The translations under genes were made by a program, and so were the position numbers. Positions 31,893-41,132 of a stretch of DNA of 64,000 bases are shown here, in pieces (within the stretch, counting starts at the first letter, position 1; each line of letters starts with the position of its first letter). Source of the stretch: an uncultured bacterium (GTDB taxonomy: Bacteria; Patescibacteriota; Minisyncoccia; Phycocordibacterales; CAIJYI01). The stretch spans positions 177-64,176 of the forward strand of contig CAIJYI010000043.1 in the NCBI GenBank assembly GCA_903824855.1, given 5' to 3'. Under the pieces are notes generated by a model. That model saw only the letters and a program-made list of their open reading frames with translations. It ran no database searches and had not been told where the DNA came from.

Positions 31893-32122
31893 CTAGGGGT
31901 TAGACACTTCGCCGGTTCTGGGTTGTACAGAGAACCGAAACGTTTGGAATATCTCACTAAAATAAGAATTATCGCAAAATCGTGTTTTCTTAAAAACGTT
32001 CCGAAGCGGGGTATAACCCCACTCCGGCGATGAGGATACTTCTCACTTTTCTTGCGCTCTCGCAACATTTGTGCTTATATAAAATTAGGTTCATTTCGTT
32101 TCTCAAAAGAGGAGGACACACC

Positions 32123-32530
32123 ATGAATTGGAATGCGTTTTTACTATTATTTCCCGCCACTTTTTTAAACATTGATTTCGTTTTGATGCTTTTGTTTAGT
32201 ATTGGTGGAGCGTTTCTTTTAGGCCTTTTTCCGTTACTCTCCGATTTCATATCAAAAGTAACAGGTATCCCCGGAATTCCCGAATCGGAACTCTCAATGC
32301 TTAAGCGATTGGTTTGTATCGGTTCAGGATTATTTGCGCTTTGGTATGTATTCGTTGCATCAAGCGCAGGATTTCTCTATTTGGCAATCTTCCTCAGCGT
32401 CATTCTTCAATGGTTCGTGACCTGCTATACTCTAGCCGCAACCTGCGAAAAAAGATTCCTTCGTATGAGTGAGTTTTGGCACATAATATATCCATGGATG
32501 TTCTGGAGACCAAAAAGTAGTAAAGAATAA
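32123..32530 (+). CDS. Hypothetical membrane protein
   Basis: GAGGAGG SD, 3-4 hydrophobic segments and a terminator at about 32539-32569. Confidence 0.7.
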   Translation: MNWNAFLLLFPATFLNIDFVLMLLFSIGGAFLLGLFPLLSDFISKVTGIPGIPESELSMLKRLVCIGSGLFALWYVFVASSAGFLYLAIFLSVILQWFVTCYTLAATCEKRFLRMSEFWHIIYPWMFWRPKSSKE

Positions 32531-32573
32531 AAAAATACACGACTGAGCCTTCATGCTCGGTCGTTTTTTATCA

Positions 32574-32594
32574 CAGTAAGGTCCGACCTTCCTG
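32574..32594. repeat. REP-like palindrome (AGGTCGGACCT type)
   Basis: Reverse complement CAGGAAGGTCGGACCTTACTG differs by one base from 10035-10055. Confidence 0.6.
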
Positions 32595-32643
32595 CTTTTG
32601 TCGTCCGTTTGTTGTCTGTTCGTTCGTCGTTCCTCCTAGCTAG

Positions 32644-32736
32644 TGAGCCGTTTCGTTCTTTTCCCGGGTTATGAGTGCGATCACTCATCCTTCGGCGCCG
32701 CACGCCGAAAAAGGGAAAAGAACGAAACGGCGAACG
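32644..32736. repeat. Branched inverted-repeat element, short copy
   Basis: Perfect 19-bp outer stem 32647-32665/32713-32731; homologous to 53279-53469. Confidence 0.8.
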
Positions 32737-32741
32737 TTCGT

Positions 32742-32878
32742 TTGACGTTCTCAGGTATTTCTGCTAGGATTAAAGCCAAACCTACGAAGGGCTTTTTTTT
32801 ATTGCCACCGAACAGGCTAATTGGGACCAATGGCGACAGAACGTATTAAACGGCGTTCCGCGAAAGTCCCCAGAATTT
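32742..32878 (+). promoter_or_regulatory. rplC operon promoter and structured leader
   Basis: TTGACG-17-TAGGAT; stems AAAGCC/GGCTTT, GGGAC/GTCCC and GAACG/CGTTC. Confidence 0.6.
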
Positions 32879-33502
32879 ATGAGATTTATACTCGGAGAAA
32901 AGCTTGCGATGACGCAAATCTTCACGGAAGATGGCGTTGTGCACCCGGTTACCGCTGTCCAATCAGGGCAAATGACCGTTGTTCAAGTGAAGAACAAAAA
33001 GAAAGACGGTTATGACGCTATCCAATACGGATTCGGCGATCGTAACGAAAAAAATATTAATAAAGCGCAGATCGGCCACGCAAAAACGCTTGGCAATTTT
33101 CGGTATTACCGCGAAGAAAGACTGCCTGATGGAACAGAAGCGACCGTAACTACGGGCGATACTGTTAATCCTGAAGTTTTCAATGTTGGAGACATCGTTG
33201 AAGTTTCGGCCATTTCAAAAGGAAAAGGTTTCCAGGGTGTTGTTAAACGCCATAAATTTGAAGGAGGTCGCCGATCACACGGACAAAAACATTCCGAACG
33301 TGAGGCTGGTTCCATTGGAGGAGCTGCACACGGAGGAGGTAGAGTTCGACTAGGAAAAAGAATGCCGGGAAGAATGGGTTACGACAGAGTCACCGTCAAA
33401 AACTTAAAAATCGTTGCGGTTGATACCGATACGAATCAGATTTTCGTATCAGGCGCCATTCCGGGTCGAAGAGGAACACTTATTGAAATTAAAGGCCGAT
33501 AA
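32879..33502 (+). CDS. rplC: 50S ribosomal protein L3
   Basis: SKGKGFQGVVKRH and GKRMPGRMG. Confidence 0.98.
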   Translation: MRFILGEKLAMTQIFTEDGVVHPVTAVQSGQMTVVQVKNKKKDGYDAIQYGFGDRNEKNINKAQIGHAKTLGNFRYYREERLPDGTEATVTTGDTVNPEVFNVGDIVEVSAISKGKGFQGVVKRHKFEGGRRSHGQKHSEREAGSIGGAAHGGGRVRLGKRMPGRMGYDRVTVKNLKIVAVDTDTNQIFVSGAIPGRRGTLIEIKGR

Positions 33503-33508
33503 AATTCC

Positions 33509-34171
33509 ATGGAAGCAAAAATATACAATCAAACAGGAAAAAGCGTTGGAACGATTGCATTGCCAACCGAAGTTTTCGGAGCACACTGGAACGGAGACTT
33601 GGTTCACCAGGTTTTGGTTTCTGAAGGCGGAAACGCACGCAACAACATCGCCCATGTTAAAGATCGAAGCGATGTAAGAGGAGGAGGAAAGAAACCGTGG
33701 AAACAGAAAGGTACCGGACGCGCTAGACATGGTTCTACTCGTTCACCAATCTGGGTCGGCGGAGGTGTTACCCACGGACCAACCAACGAAAAAGATTACA
33801 CCAGAAAAATCAACAAAAAAATGAAAGCTGCGGCTATTTACGCCATTCTTTCGCAGAAGTTGAAAAATGGAGAAATAATTTTTGTTGACGAAATCAAACC
33901 GACTGAAATTAAAACAAAAGAAGCGAAAGTAATCCTTTCATCTTTGGCAACAATTTCAGGATGCGAAGATATTGCCACAAAAAGAAAGAATGCCGCTTTC
34001 ATCGCGCTTGGAAAGAAAGACAAAGATGCGGAAAGAGTATTCAGCAACATCAAGAGCGTTTTTATTGGAGAATGGCGCAACATTACGCCTTCCGAACTTT
34101 TGAAATACAAATATATTGTTGTATCTCATCCGGAAGAAAGCGTGAAATTTGTCGCTTCAAAAATAAAATAA
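33509..34171 (+). CDS. rplD: 50S ribosomal protein L4
   Basis: KPWKQKGTGRARHGS. Confidence 0.98.
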   Translation: MEAKIYNQTGKSVGTIALPTEVFGAHWNGDLVHQVLVSEGGNARNNIAHVKDRSDVRGGGKKPWKQKGTGRARHGSTRSPIWVGGGVTHGPTNEKDYTRKINKKMKAAAIYAILSQKLKNGEIIFVDEIKPTEIKTKEAKVILSSLATISGCEDIATKRKNAAFIALGKKDKDAERVFSNIKSVFIGEWRNITPSELLKYKYIVVSHPEESVKFVASKIK

Positions 34172-34172
34172 T

Positions 34173-34472
34173 ATGAAAGCAAAAATTTTCAAAAATAAAA
34201 ATCTTGCCGAAATTCTGAAACGCCCTCGCGTGACCGAAAAAGCAGCTATTCTCGTCGAGAATAATGCCTATACATTCGAAGTCGCTCCAACCGCTACCAA
34301 ACCGGAAGTGAAAGCTGCGATTATCGCTATGTACAAAGTCACCCCGATTCAGATTAACATGACAGCAGGAACCAGTAAAAATATTACGAGGCGCGGTCGA
34401 GCCGGCGTAAAAACAACCAACAAAAAGGCGGTTGTTCATCTTAAGAAAGGTGATAAAATAGAATTCATCTAA
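34173..34472 (+). CDS. rplW: 50S ribosomal protein L23
   Basis: PRVTEKA, YTFEV and KKAVVHL. Confidence 0.96.
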   Translation: MKAKIFKNKNLAEILKRPRVTEKAAILVENNAYTFEVAPTATKPEVKAAIIAMYKVTPIQINMTAGTSKNITRRGRAGVKTTNKKAVVHLKKGDKIEFI

Positions 34473-34477
34473 AAAAC

Positions 34478-35320
34478 ATGAAATCACACAGACCTACAAC
34501 CCCATCAATGAGACACACGAAGGTTGTTTCTTACCGAAATGTTCTCACTTCGGCGAAACCTCACAAAGCGCTCACTATGGGACGCAAACGCGATGTCGGA
34601 CGCAATGCCGACGGACGCATTTCTGTTCGCCACAAAGGAGGTGGACACAAACGCCTTTATCGCGAAATAGACTTCAAATACAATAAAAGAGACATCCCGG
34701 CGAAAATCGAGACTATCGAATATGACCCGAACCGTTCCTCTTTCATTTCTCTCGTTTGCTACAAAGACGGAGAAAGACGCTATGTTCTCACAGCGAAAAC
34801 AATGAAAGTCGGCGACATGATGGTTGTCGGAGAGAACGCCGAAATCAAAGCCGGCAACAGACTCCCGATGAAAAACATTCCTCAAGGTACTTTCGTTTAC
34901 AATGTAGAATTGAAACCGGAAGGAGGTGCAAAAATCGTACGATCAGGCGGAAGCTATGCTGAAATCGTTGCGAAAGATGCTCCGTACGTTCACTTGAAAA
35001 TGCCGTCAGGAGAAATTCACAAAATTCACGAGAATGCATGGGCTTGCGTCGGAGTTGTTTCCAACGACGAACACAAACTCCGCAATATCGGAAAAGCCGG
35101 ACGCTCAAGATGGCTCGGTATTAGACCGACCGTTCGCGGAACAGCAATGAATCCTGTCGATCATCCACACGGTGGAGGAGAAGGAAAACAGGGAAGAGGA
35201 CTTCGCAGAGCCAAAACCGCTTGGGGAAAACCATCCGGAAAAGGACAGAAGACCAGAGCCCCGAAAAAGTATTCCAACGTCTTCATTATTTCAAGAAGAA
35301 AGACAAGAAAGAAAAAATAA
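34478..35320 (+). CDS. rplB: 50S ribosomal protein L2
   Basis: IEYDPNRS and RGTAMNPVDHPHGGGEG. Confidence 0.99.
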   Translation: MKSHRPTTPSMRHTKVVSYRNVLTSAKPHKALTMGRKRDVGRNADGRISVRHKGGGHKRLYREIDFKYNKRDIPAKIETIEYDPNRSSFISLVCYKDGERRYVLTAKTMKVGDMMVVGENAEIKAGNRLPMKNIPQGTFVYNVELKPEGGAKIVRSGGSYAEIVAKDAPYVHLKMPSGEIHKIHENAWACVGVVSNDEHKLRNIGKAGRSRWLGIRPTVRGTAMNPVDHPHGGGEGKQGRGLRRAKTAWGKPSGKGQKTRAPKKYSNVFIISRRKTRKKK

Positions 35321-35330
35321 TATTTTCAAA

Positions 35331-35360
35331 AAAAATACCGTCAGCAATGGCGGTATTTTT
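35331..35360 (+). terminator. Terminator after rplB
   Basis: AAAAATACCGTCA/TGGCGGTATTTTT. Confidence 0.75.
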
Positions 35361-35456
35361 GTGGTAATTTCTTACACGATTTATTATTGACAAGAACTCT
35401 TTATTAACGTATTCTTTTTGCAGTTATGTTCACGGTGAAAATTTGGAGGCTATAAA

Positions 35457-35969
35457 ATGGCAAATATATCTACCGCTTTAAAATGTTTTTATGCGACTCT
35501 CGAAGGAGAGGGAGTAAAGGATAATGAAATTCTCTTTGGTTCAAAAGTCAGATTAGTTTTTCATATTCCGAAACTATCTTTTTCGGATGAGTCCGTTCAC
35601 CTTGGTTTTACAATTATGCCATTCGGTTTACAATTTCCGGAAAGAAATCCGACTTTGTGGCATCAAGACTTGAATATCCCATGTGAGGAAAGCGAAGTCG
35701 TTTTTTCCTTTATCGTTCCAACAGAAAAAAAATGGAAAAAAGATATCACCCCCGGTTTTTCATTTACTTTTGATGTAAACGGTTTATCTGTTTTTTCTCA
35801 ATTTTTGAAAGTACGATTTGTTTCGTCTTTTAATGATCGAAAGAGACGTGAGAAATTTGCATTCCATTTCATTGATTTAGAAAAGGGTATTGAATCATCA
35901 GTGAAGCAGATTAGAAAATTTGAGGAACAAGAAAAAAATTGGCAAAAAGAATTTGCGTGGGAAAAATAA
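35457..35969 (+). CDS. Hypothetical protein
   Basis: TTGACA-17-TATTCT promoter, GGAGG SD and a terminator at about 35990-36022. Confidence 0.7.
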   Translation: MANISTALKCFYATLEGEGVKDNEILFGSKVRLVFHIPKLSFSDESVHLGFTIMPFGLQFPERNPTLWHQDLNIPCEESEVVFSFIVPTEKKWKKDITPGFSFTFDVNGLSVFSQFLKVRFVSSFNDRKRREKFAFHFIDLEKGIESSVKQIRKFEEQEKNWQKEFAWEK

Positions 35970-36135
35970 ATAATTTCCGAAATGACTACAAACTGAAACG
36001 GCACTACCGTTTCAGTTTTTTTATTTATGTTTCTCTTTTGGACCTTTGTTCGACGAACACCACTTGCTTTTTCTCATCATGTATGGTTAAATACATTCGG
36101 AAACATTTGAAATTATATAGACCGAAGGAGGTTCT

Positions 36136-37305
36136 ATGTCTGACCAAGAACAATTAAGAACAACACCGCTCACCGAGTGGCACTTGGAGAATGGTGCAAA
36201 AATGGCGGAATTTGCCGGATATTCGATGCCGATTAATTATCCGTCAGGCGCGCTTAAAGAAACAAAAGCAGTCCGTGAAAATGCCGGAATGTTTGATATT
36301 TCTCACATGAGGCCCATTGTTGTGAAGGGAACGCTTGCCCGAGCTTTTCTTAACTTTATTGATACCAGAGACTTGGCATCAATGGAACCGGGAGACGCGA
36401 AGTACGGTATCGTTTGTCTAAACAACGGTGAGGCTATCGACGATATTATCGTTTATGAATCGCCATTTTCTACAAAACCGAGTGAAACTTTTATCGTTAT
36501 CTCTAATGCGAGCAACGGTACAAGAGTGTATGAACATTTGCGCCAAGTCAAAAGTGATTATTCTCTTTTGAATTCGCAGGTACAAATTGAAGACGGTCTT
36601 GATCAATTCGGATTTATTTCTTTACAAGGTCCGAAGGCAAAATCTATCTTACAAAAAGCGATTGGTTCTGAAAATCAAATTCCGAAAAAATATTATTCAT
36701 GCCAATACGGCATGGTGTTCGGATATTTTGCACTGCTTGCAAAAACAGGATACACAGGAGAAGAAGGGTACGAAATATTGTGTCCCAAATTAGACACCAT
36801 AGAAATCTGGACCCATTTTCTTGAAGTCGGAGAAGAAGACGGATTAGTTGCGTGCGGTCTTGCCTCTCGTGATACACTTCGTCTTGAAGCAGGTATGCCT
36901 TTATTCGGTCATGAAATGGATAAAAACCATAATCCGATAATAGCCGGCTTAGGAAAATATGTTGACTTCAACAAGGAAGGATACTTCCTCGGGAAAGGCA
37001 TACTTGAAAAAGTTCGTGATGGTGCATCCAAAAAACCTAATGAATATTTTAATGCCTTCATTATGGAAAAAGGAAGAGTTCCAAGACATGGCAATGTCAT
37101 TTACCTTATGCTTATGGGCGAAACTCGTCCCGTAGGAAAATTGACGAGCGCAGGATTTTCTCCAACGCTCCAAAAAAATATCGCTATGGGATATACGGAC
37201 CACTCGTTTCTTCCGGGCACCACTGTCCTCATTGATATCGGCGGACAAATGTATCCGGCGACAATAACAAAACTTCCTTTCTATAAAAGAGAAAAGAAAC
37301 AATAA
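36136..37305 (+). CDS. gcvT: Glycine cleavage T protein (aminomethyltransferase)
   Basis: MFDISHM, LQGP, TGYTGEEGYEI and RDTLRLEAG. Confidence 0.9.
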   Translation: MSDQEQLRTTPLTEWHLENGAKMAEFAGYSMPINYPSGALKETKAVRENAGMFDISHMRPIVVKGTLARAFLNFIDTRDLASMEPGDAKYGIVCLNNGEAIDDIIVYESPFSTKPSETFIVISNASNGTRVYEHLRQVKSDYSLLNSQVQIEDGLDQFGFISLQGPKAKSILQKAIGSENQIPKKYYSCQYGMVFGYFALLAKTGYTGEEGYEILCPKLDTIEIWTHFLEVGEEDGLVACGLASRDTLRLEAGMPLFGHEMDKNHNPIIAGLGKYVDFNKEGYFLGKGILEKVRDGASKKPNEYFNAFIMEKGRVPRHGNVIYLMLMGETRPVGKLTSAGFSPTLQKNIAMGYTDHSFLPGTTVLIDIGGQMYPATITKLPFYKREKKQ

Positions 37306-37367
37306 AGTTACAACCGCGATAGCATAGTCTTTCGCGGTTTTTTTATTACAACATCTATTCCATTTAT

Positions 37368-37389
37368 TGTCCCAGAGGTTGAACCTCTT
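37368..37389. repeat. REP-like palindrome (AGGTTGAACCT type)
   Basis: TGTCCCAGAGGTTGAACCTCTT; a copy lies at 23849-23870. Confidence 0.6.
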
Positions 37390-37508
37390 CAATTTTTTTG
37401 TTGACAAAGGGGTGACGGGTACGAGTAATCGGTTTTTGGTGTTGATTCGCTTTGACTATCTGGTATCATGGGTATGGTTTTGATTTTTGAAACAAAAAGG
37501 AGGATATC

Positions 37509-38672
37509 ATGGAAAACTCGAATAAAGAAGTTTGGTACGAAAGTGCCTTAACACTTCTTCGCAACGCACGGAAAAAAGCAAAAAAAATGTCTCCCGAAGA
37601 ACTCATCATTCTAAAAAAAGACACACATAAAGAACTTGATGAAATCTTTTATGAGCGCAGCCTTAATGAAGAAATCGCCGAAGACCGAAATTTGCGTAGA
37701 AACAAAACGGCTGAAAGTGATTTGAAAAAGAAATATCATGCGCTTCAGGAGCAAATTGAATTGCTTGAAAAAGAAAATCTCGCTATGAGAAATTTAAAAA
37801 ATGATCATAGCGCACATAACATTATTGCGTCTCCAGGTCTTGCCGTATCAGAAGCAACAGCAATGGTCGTGCTTTCCGATTGGCATATTGAAGAAATTGT
37901 TCGTTCTGAAACCGTTAATGGAAAAAACACTTTCAACCTTGAGGTTGCGAAGAAACGCGCTGATCGTTGTTTTCAAAAAATTGTCAGTTTGACGGTAAAA
38001 GAACAACAAGACGTTACCATCAATAATATGGTCGTGGCATTACTCGGCGATTTTATCTCCGGTAATATTCACGAAGAGCTGATGGAAAACTGCGAACTTC
38101 GTCCAATGGAAGCAATTCTTTTTGCACAAGGTCTGCTTGAGTCAGGGATTTGCTATTTATTGGCAAACACCAAACTCAATCTTACTTTCGTTTGTCATGT
38201 GGGCAACCATTCTCGCATCACCAAGAAAATTCACATTTCCAACGAACAAGGCAACTCACTTGAGTCGCTCATGTATTGTTCATTGAAACAACGATTCTTA
38301 AGTGAACCTCGAGTGAAGTTTGTTATCGCGGAAGGGTATCATTCATATATGGATGTGTATAAAACAAGAATCCGTTTTCATCACGGTCATTCATTACGTT
38401 TCCAAGGCGGTGTCGGCGGACTTACTATTCCGGTAAATAAAGCCATCGCTCAATGGAATAAAATAATTCCTGTTGATTTGGATATTTTTGGTCACTGGCA
38501 TACCTATATGCATATGAAGAACTTCGTTGCGAACGGTTCTCTTATCGGTTACAACGGATTCGCTCTTTCTATTAAAGCTGACTTTGACGATCCGAAACAA
38601 GCGTTTTTCTTAATTGATAAACGTTTAGGTCCTTCAATCTTTGCACCTATATTTGTAGATAAATATAAGTAA
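37509..38672 (+). CDS. Calcineurin-like metallophosphoesterase with an N-terminal coiled coil
   Basis: SDWH, GD, GNH, HHGH and GHWH motifs in canonical order. Confidence 0.88.
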   Translation: MENSNKEVWYESALTLLRNARKKAKKMSPEELIILKKDTHKELDEIFYERSLNEEIAEDRNLRRNKTAESDLKKKYHALQEQIELLEKENLAMRNLKNDHSAHNIIASPGLAVSEATAMVVLSDWHIEEIVRSETVNGKNTFNLEVAKKRADRCFQKIVSLTVKEQQDVTINNMVVALLGDFISGNIHEELMENCELRPMEAILFAQGLLESGICYLLANTKLNLTFVCHVGNHSRITKKIHISNEQGNSLESLMYCSLKQRFLSEPRVKFVIAEGYHSYMDVYKTRIRFHHGHSLRFQGGVGGLTIPVNKAIAQWNKIIPVDLDIFGHWHTYMHMKNFVANGSLIGYNGFALSIKADFDDPKQAFFLIDKRLGPSIFAPIFVDKYK

Positions 38673-38793
38673 TATTTATTTATAGCACACCCCCGGGGCC
38701 ATTATGGCCCCGGTTTTTTTATGCATGAAGTCCCTCGATTTTAAGGTTTTTTTGCTCGGTTCTTAGTCGTTTTTCTATTCTCTCCATGTTTAC

Positions 38794-38870
38794 TTGACTT
38801 AATTTGCTCTTTTTGTTAGGATACAACGTAAAGCTCTGATTAAGAGGAGCTTATGTTTTTGACTAAAATC
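38794..38870 (+). promoter_or_regulatory. Internal promoter and short hairpin leader for rpsS-rplE
   Basis: TTGACT-17-TAGGAT; AAGCTC/GAGCTT hairpin. Confidence 0.6.
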
Positions 38871-39218
38871 ATGACCAGATCACTAAAAAAAGGTCCATAC
38901 GTGGACGAAAAGTTGTTAAAGAAAGTTGAAGGGAAACGACCGATAGAAACGGGCGTCATTAAAACGTGGGCACGAGCCAGTCAGATCTCACCAGAAATGT
39001 TGGGTTTCACTTTCGGCGTTCACAATGGACGTGCACATCTTGAAGTTTTAGTTACCGAAGATATGGTCGGACATCGTCTCGGCGAATTCTCACCTACAAG
39101 AAAGTTTATTAGACACGGAGGAAAAATGCAGAAAGAAATCGAACAGAAAAAGAAAGACTCCGAAATAGCGGCAGCAAAAGCGGCGAAAACCGCAACCGCG
39201 GAACCGAAAAAGAAATAA
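38871..39218 (+). CDS. rpsS: 30S ribosomal protein S19 with a C-terminal Lys/Ala tail
   Basis: [12 protein letters not shown] and [13 protein letters not shown]. Confidence 0.98.
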   Translation: MTRSLKKGPYVDEKLLKKVEGKRPIETGVIKTWARASQISPEMLGFTFGVHNGRAHLEVLVTEDMVGHRLGEFSPTRKFIRHGGKMQKEIEQKKKDSEIAAAKAAKTATAEPKKK

Positions 39219-39228
39219 TTAAAGAGCT

Positions 39229-39306
39229 TTTAGGTTTTAGGGGGTAGGTTTTAGACGAAACGGTTTCCGTTTCCCTAACCACTAACCCCTAAGACCTAAC
39301 ACCTAA
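39229..39306. repeat. Heptamer-periodic hairpin at the rpsS/rplV junction
   Basis: TAGGTTT TAGGGGG TAGGTTT TAGACGAAACG ... CTAACCA CTAACCC CTAAGAC CTAACAC CTAA. Confidence 0.8.
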
Positions 39307-39311
39307 ATATC

Positions 39312-39761
39312 ATGGAAACAGGAACAGCAAGTCTTAAGAATTATCGACAGTCGCCACGAAAGGTGCGACTCCTTGCCAATTTGGTTAAAGGAAAAGAAGC
39401 GAAAGAGGCCATTACCCTCCTTCGTTTTTCGCAGAAACGAGCTTCAGATCCTTTGGAGAAGCTTATTGAAAGCGCCCTTGCCAATGTCAGGAATGCCGGA
39501 GCCGGAGCAAAAGATTTGTTTCGCGTGGTCAATATGACGGTTGATAAAGGAGTAGTTATGAAAAGAAGCATGCCTCGCGCGAGAGGAAGAGCTTTCCCGA
39601 TTAAGAAACGAACCAGCCATGTCACAGTTACGATAGCAAGAATGGAAGCACCTGTCGCAAAAGCAAAAATCGAAGCAAAAAAAGTTGAGACCAAAGAAGT
39701 AAAGAAAGCAACTGTTGCGAAAAAACCGGTAGCAAAGAAGAAAATCACAACAAAAGAATAA
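39312..39761 (+). CDS. rplV: 50S ribosomal protein L22 with a C-terminal Lys/Ala tail
   Basis: SPRKVRL, PRARGRA and KRTSHVTV. Confidence 0.97.
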   Translation: METGTASLKNYRQSPRKVRLLANLVKGKEAKEAITLLRFSQKRASDPLEKLIESALANVRNAGAGAKDLFRVVNMTVDKGVVMKRSMPRARGRAFPIKKRTSHVTVTIARMEAPVAKAKIEAKKVETKEVKKATVAKKPVAKKKITTKE

Positions 39762-39795
39762 ACCATTTATACTAAAAATACTTAATACATAATTT

Positions 39796-40461
39796 ATGTC
39801 GCACACCGTACATCCATATTCACATCGCTTGGGGATACTCAGAGATTGGAAATCTCGATGGTTCGCCGCATCCGGAAAATATCAGGAATTTTTACGTTCT
39901 GATGTTCTTTTGCGCGAATATCTTGAAAAACGCCTTCATGGACAATACGTAAGCGCTATCGATTTCGAGAGAAACGACAACACTTTAAAGATTATCATCA
40001 AAACCGGTCGACCGGGAATGATTATCGGAAGAAGCGGAGAAGGACACACCAAACTCAAGAACGACGTCCTCGCTTTTGCCAAGAAAAACAAAATCTCTCT
40101 TTCTGAAAACTTAAAGATAGATATTGAAGAAGTTCGTTATCCTGAAACAGATGCCGCGATTGTCGGACAAATGATTGCCGAAGGTTTGGAAAAACGTATG
40201 CCATTCCGCCGTGTTCTCAAACAGACCGTTGAAAAAGTTATGGCAAGCAAATCAGCACAAGGAGCAAAAATTGCCATTTCCGGACGCTTAGGAGGAGCTG
40301 AAATGAGCCGATCCGAAGAAATCAAACGAGGAAACATTCCTCTTCAGACGTTCCGCGCTGACATCGATTTCGCAAAAGTAAGAGCTAACCTTCCATACGG
40401 AGTTATCGGTATCAAGGTTTGGATCTACAAAGGAGAAGTATTTGAACCGAAAACAAAGTAA
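39796..40461 (+). CDS. rpsC: 30S ribosomal protein S3
   Basis: RPGMIIG, GRLGGAE and PLQTFRADID. Confidence 0.98.
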   Translation: MSHTVHPYSHRLGILRDWKSRWFAASGKYQEFLRSDVLLREYLEKRLHGQYVSAIDFERNDNTLKIIIKTGRPGMIIGRSGEGHTKLKNDVLAFAKKNKISLSENLKIDIEEVRYPETDAAIVGQMIAEGLEKRMPFRRVLKQTVEKVMASKSAQGAKIAISGRLGGAEMSRSEEIKRGNIPLQTFRADIDFAKVRANLPYGVIGIKVWIYKGEVFEPKTK

Positions 40462-40498
40462 CATTAAACGAAAGTATTCATCAAATTAAAGAAAGAAT

Positions 40499-40921
40499 AT
40501 GCTAGCCTTCCCAAGAAAAGTTAAACATCGCAAATGGCAGACCAATCGCCATAATCCAAAGAAACCGCACAATGAAACGCGTGGTATTACTGTTGCGTTT
40601 GGATCATTCGGTTTGAAAGCTCAGAGCATGGGACGTATTCGTTCCAATCAGATTGAAGCTGCAAGAAAGACATTAACAAGAACAATCTCAAAAACAGGAA
40701 AAGTTTGGATTCGTATTTTCACAGACAGACCGGTTACACAAAAAGCCGCTGAAGTGGGAATGGGAAAAGGTAAAGGAGATCCGGTTGGATATTGCTTTGA
40801 GGTATTACCTGGACGCATCCTTTTTGAAGTTGACGGAGTTACCGAAGCAATTGCTAAAGAAGCTCTCAGAAAAGCCGGCGCAAAACTTCCGATTAAAACG
40901 AAAGTCGTTGCCCACATCTAA
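40499..40921 (+). CDS. rplP: 50S ribosomal protein L16
   Basis: QIEAAR, WIRIF and MGKGKG. Confidence 0.98.
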   Translation: MLAFPRKVKHRKWQTNRHNPKKPHNETRGITVAFGSFGLKAQSMGRIRSNQIEAARKTLTRTISKTGKVWIRIFTDRPVTQKAAEVGMGKGKGDPVGYCFEVLPGRILFEVDGVTEAIAKEALRKAGAKLPIKTKVVAHI

Positions 40922-40932
40922 ATAATACGAAT

Positions 40933-41127
40933 ATGACAGAAGAAATAAAATCAAAAACTGACGAAGAATTGGTAAAAGAACTTTCTGAAAAGAAGGTTGC
41001 TTTGAATGGAATGAAATTCAACATCGCCGGTTCAAAGATCAAGAATGTTAGAGAACAGCGCAGTATGAAGAAAGACATCGCTCGTTTCTTGACCGAACTT
41101 AATAAGCGAGCATCCGCAAACAAATAA
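40933..41127 (+). CDS. rpmC: 50S ribosomal protein L29
   Basis: KKDIARFLT and its position in the operon. Confidence 0.92.
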   Translation: MTEEIKSKTDEELVKELSEKKVALNGMKFNIAGSKIKNVREQRSMKKDIARFLTELNKRASANK

Positions 41128-41132
41128 TCAAC

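Noticed and set aside
32644-32736. Hammerhead ribozyme (three-way junction)
   Set aside because: No CUGANGA/GAAA core is correctly placed on either strand.
32643-32849. ORFs 32643-32849 and 53007-53591 sharing RRKREK(N/D)ETAN
   Set aside because: These are translations of the repeated non-coding element; one also overlaps the tRNA and the L10 leader.
36000-36135. Glycine riboswitch upstream of gcvT
   Set aside because: CCGAAGGAG is only the SD region. The leader is too short and lacks the aptamer's other conserved elements.
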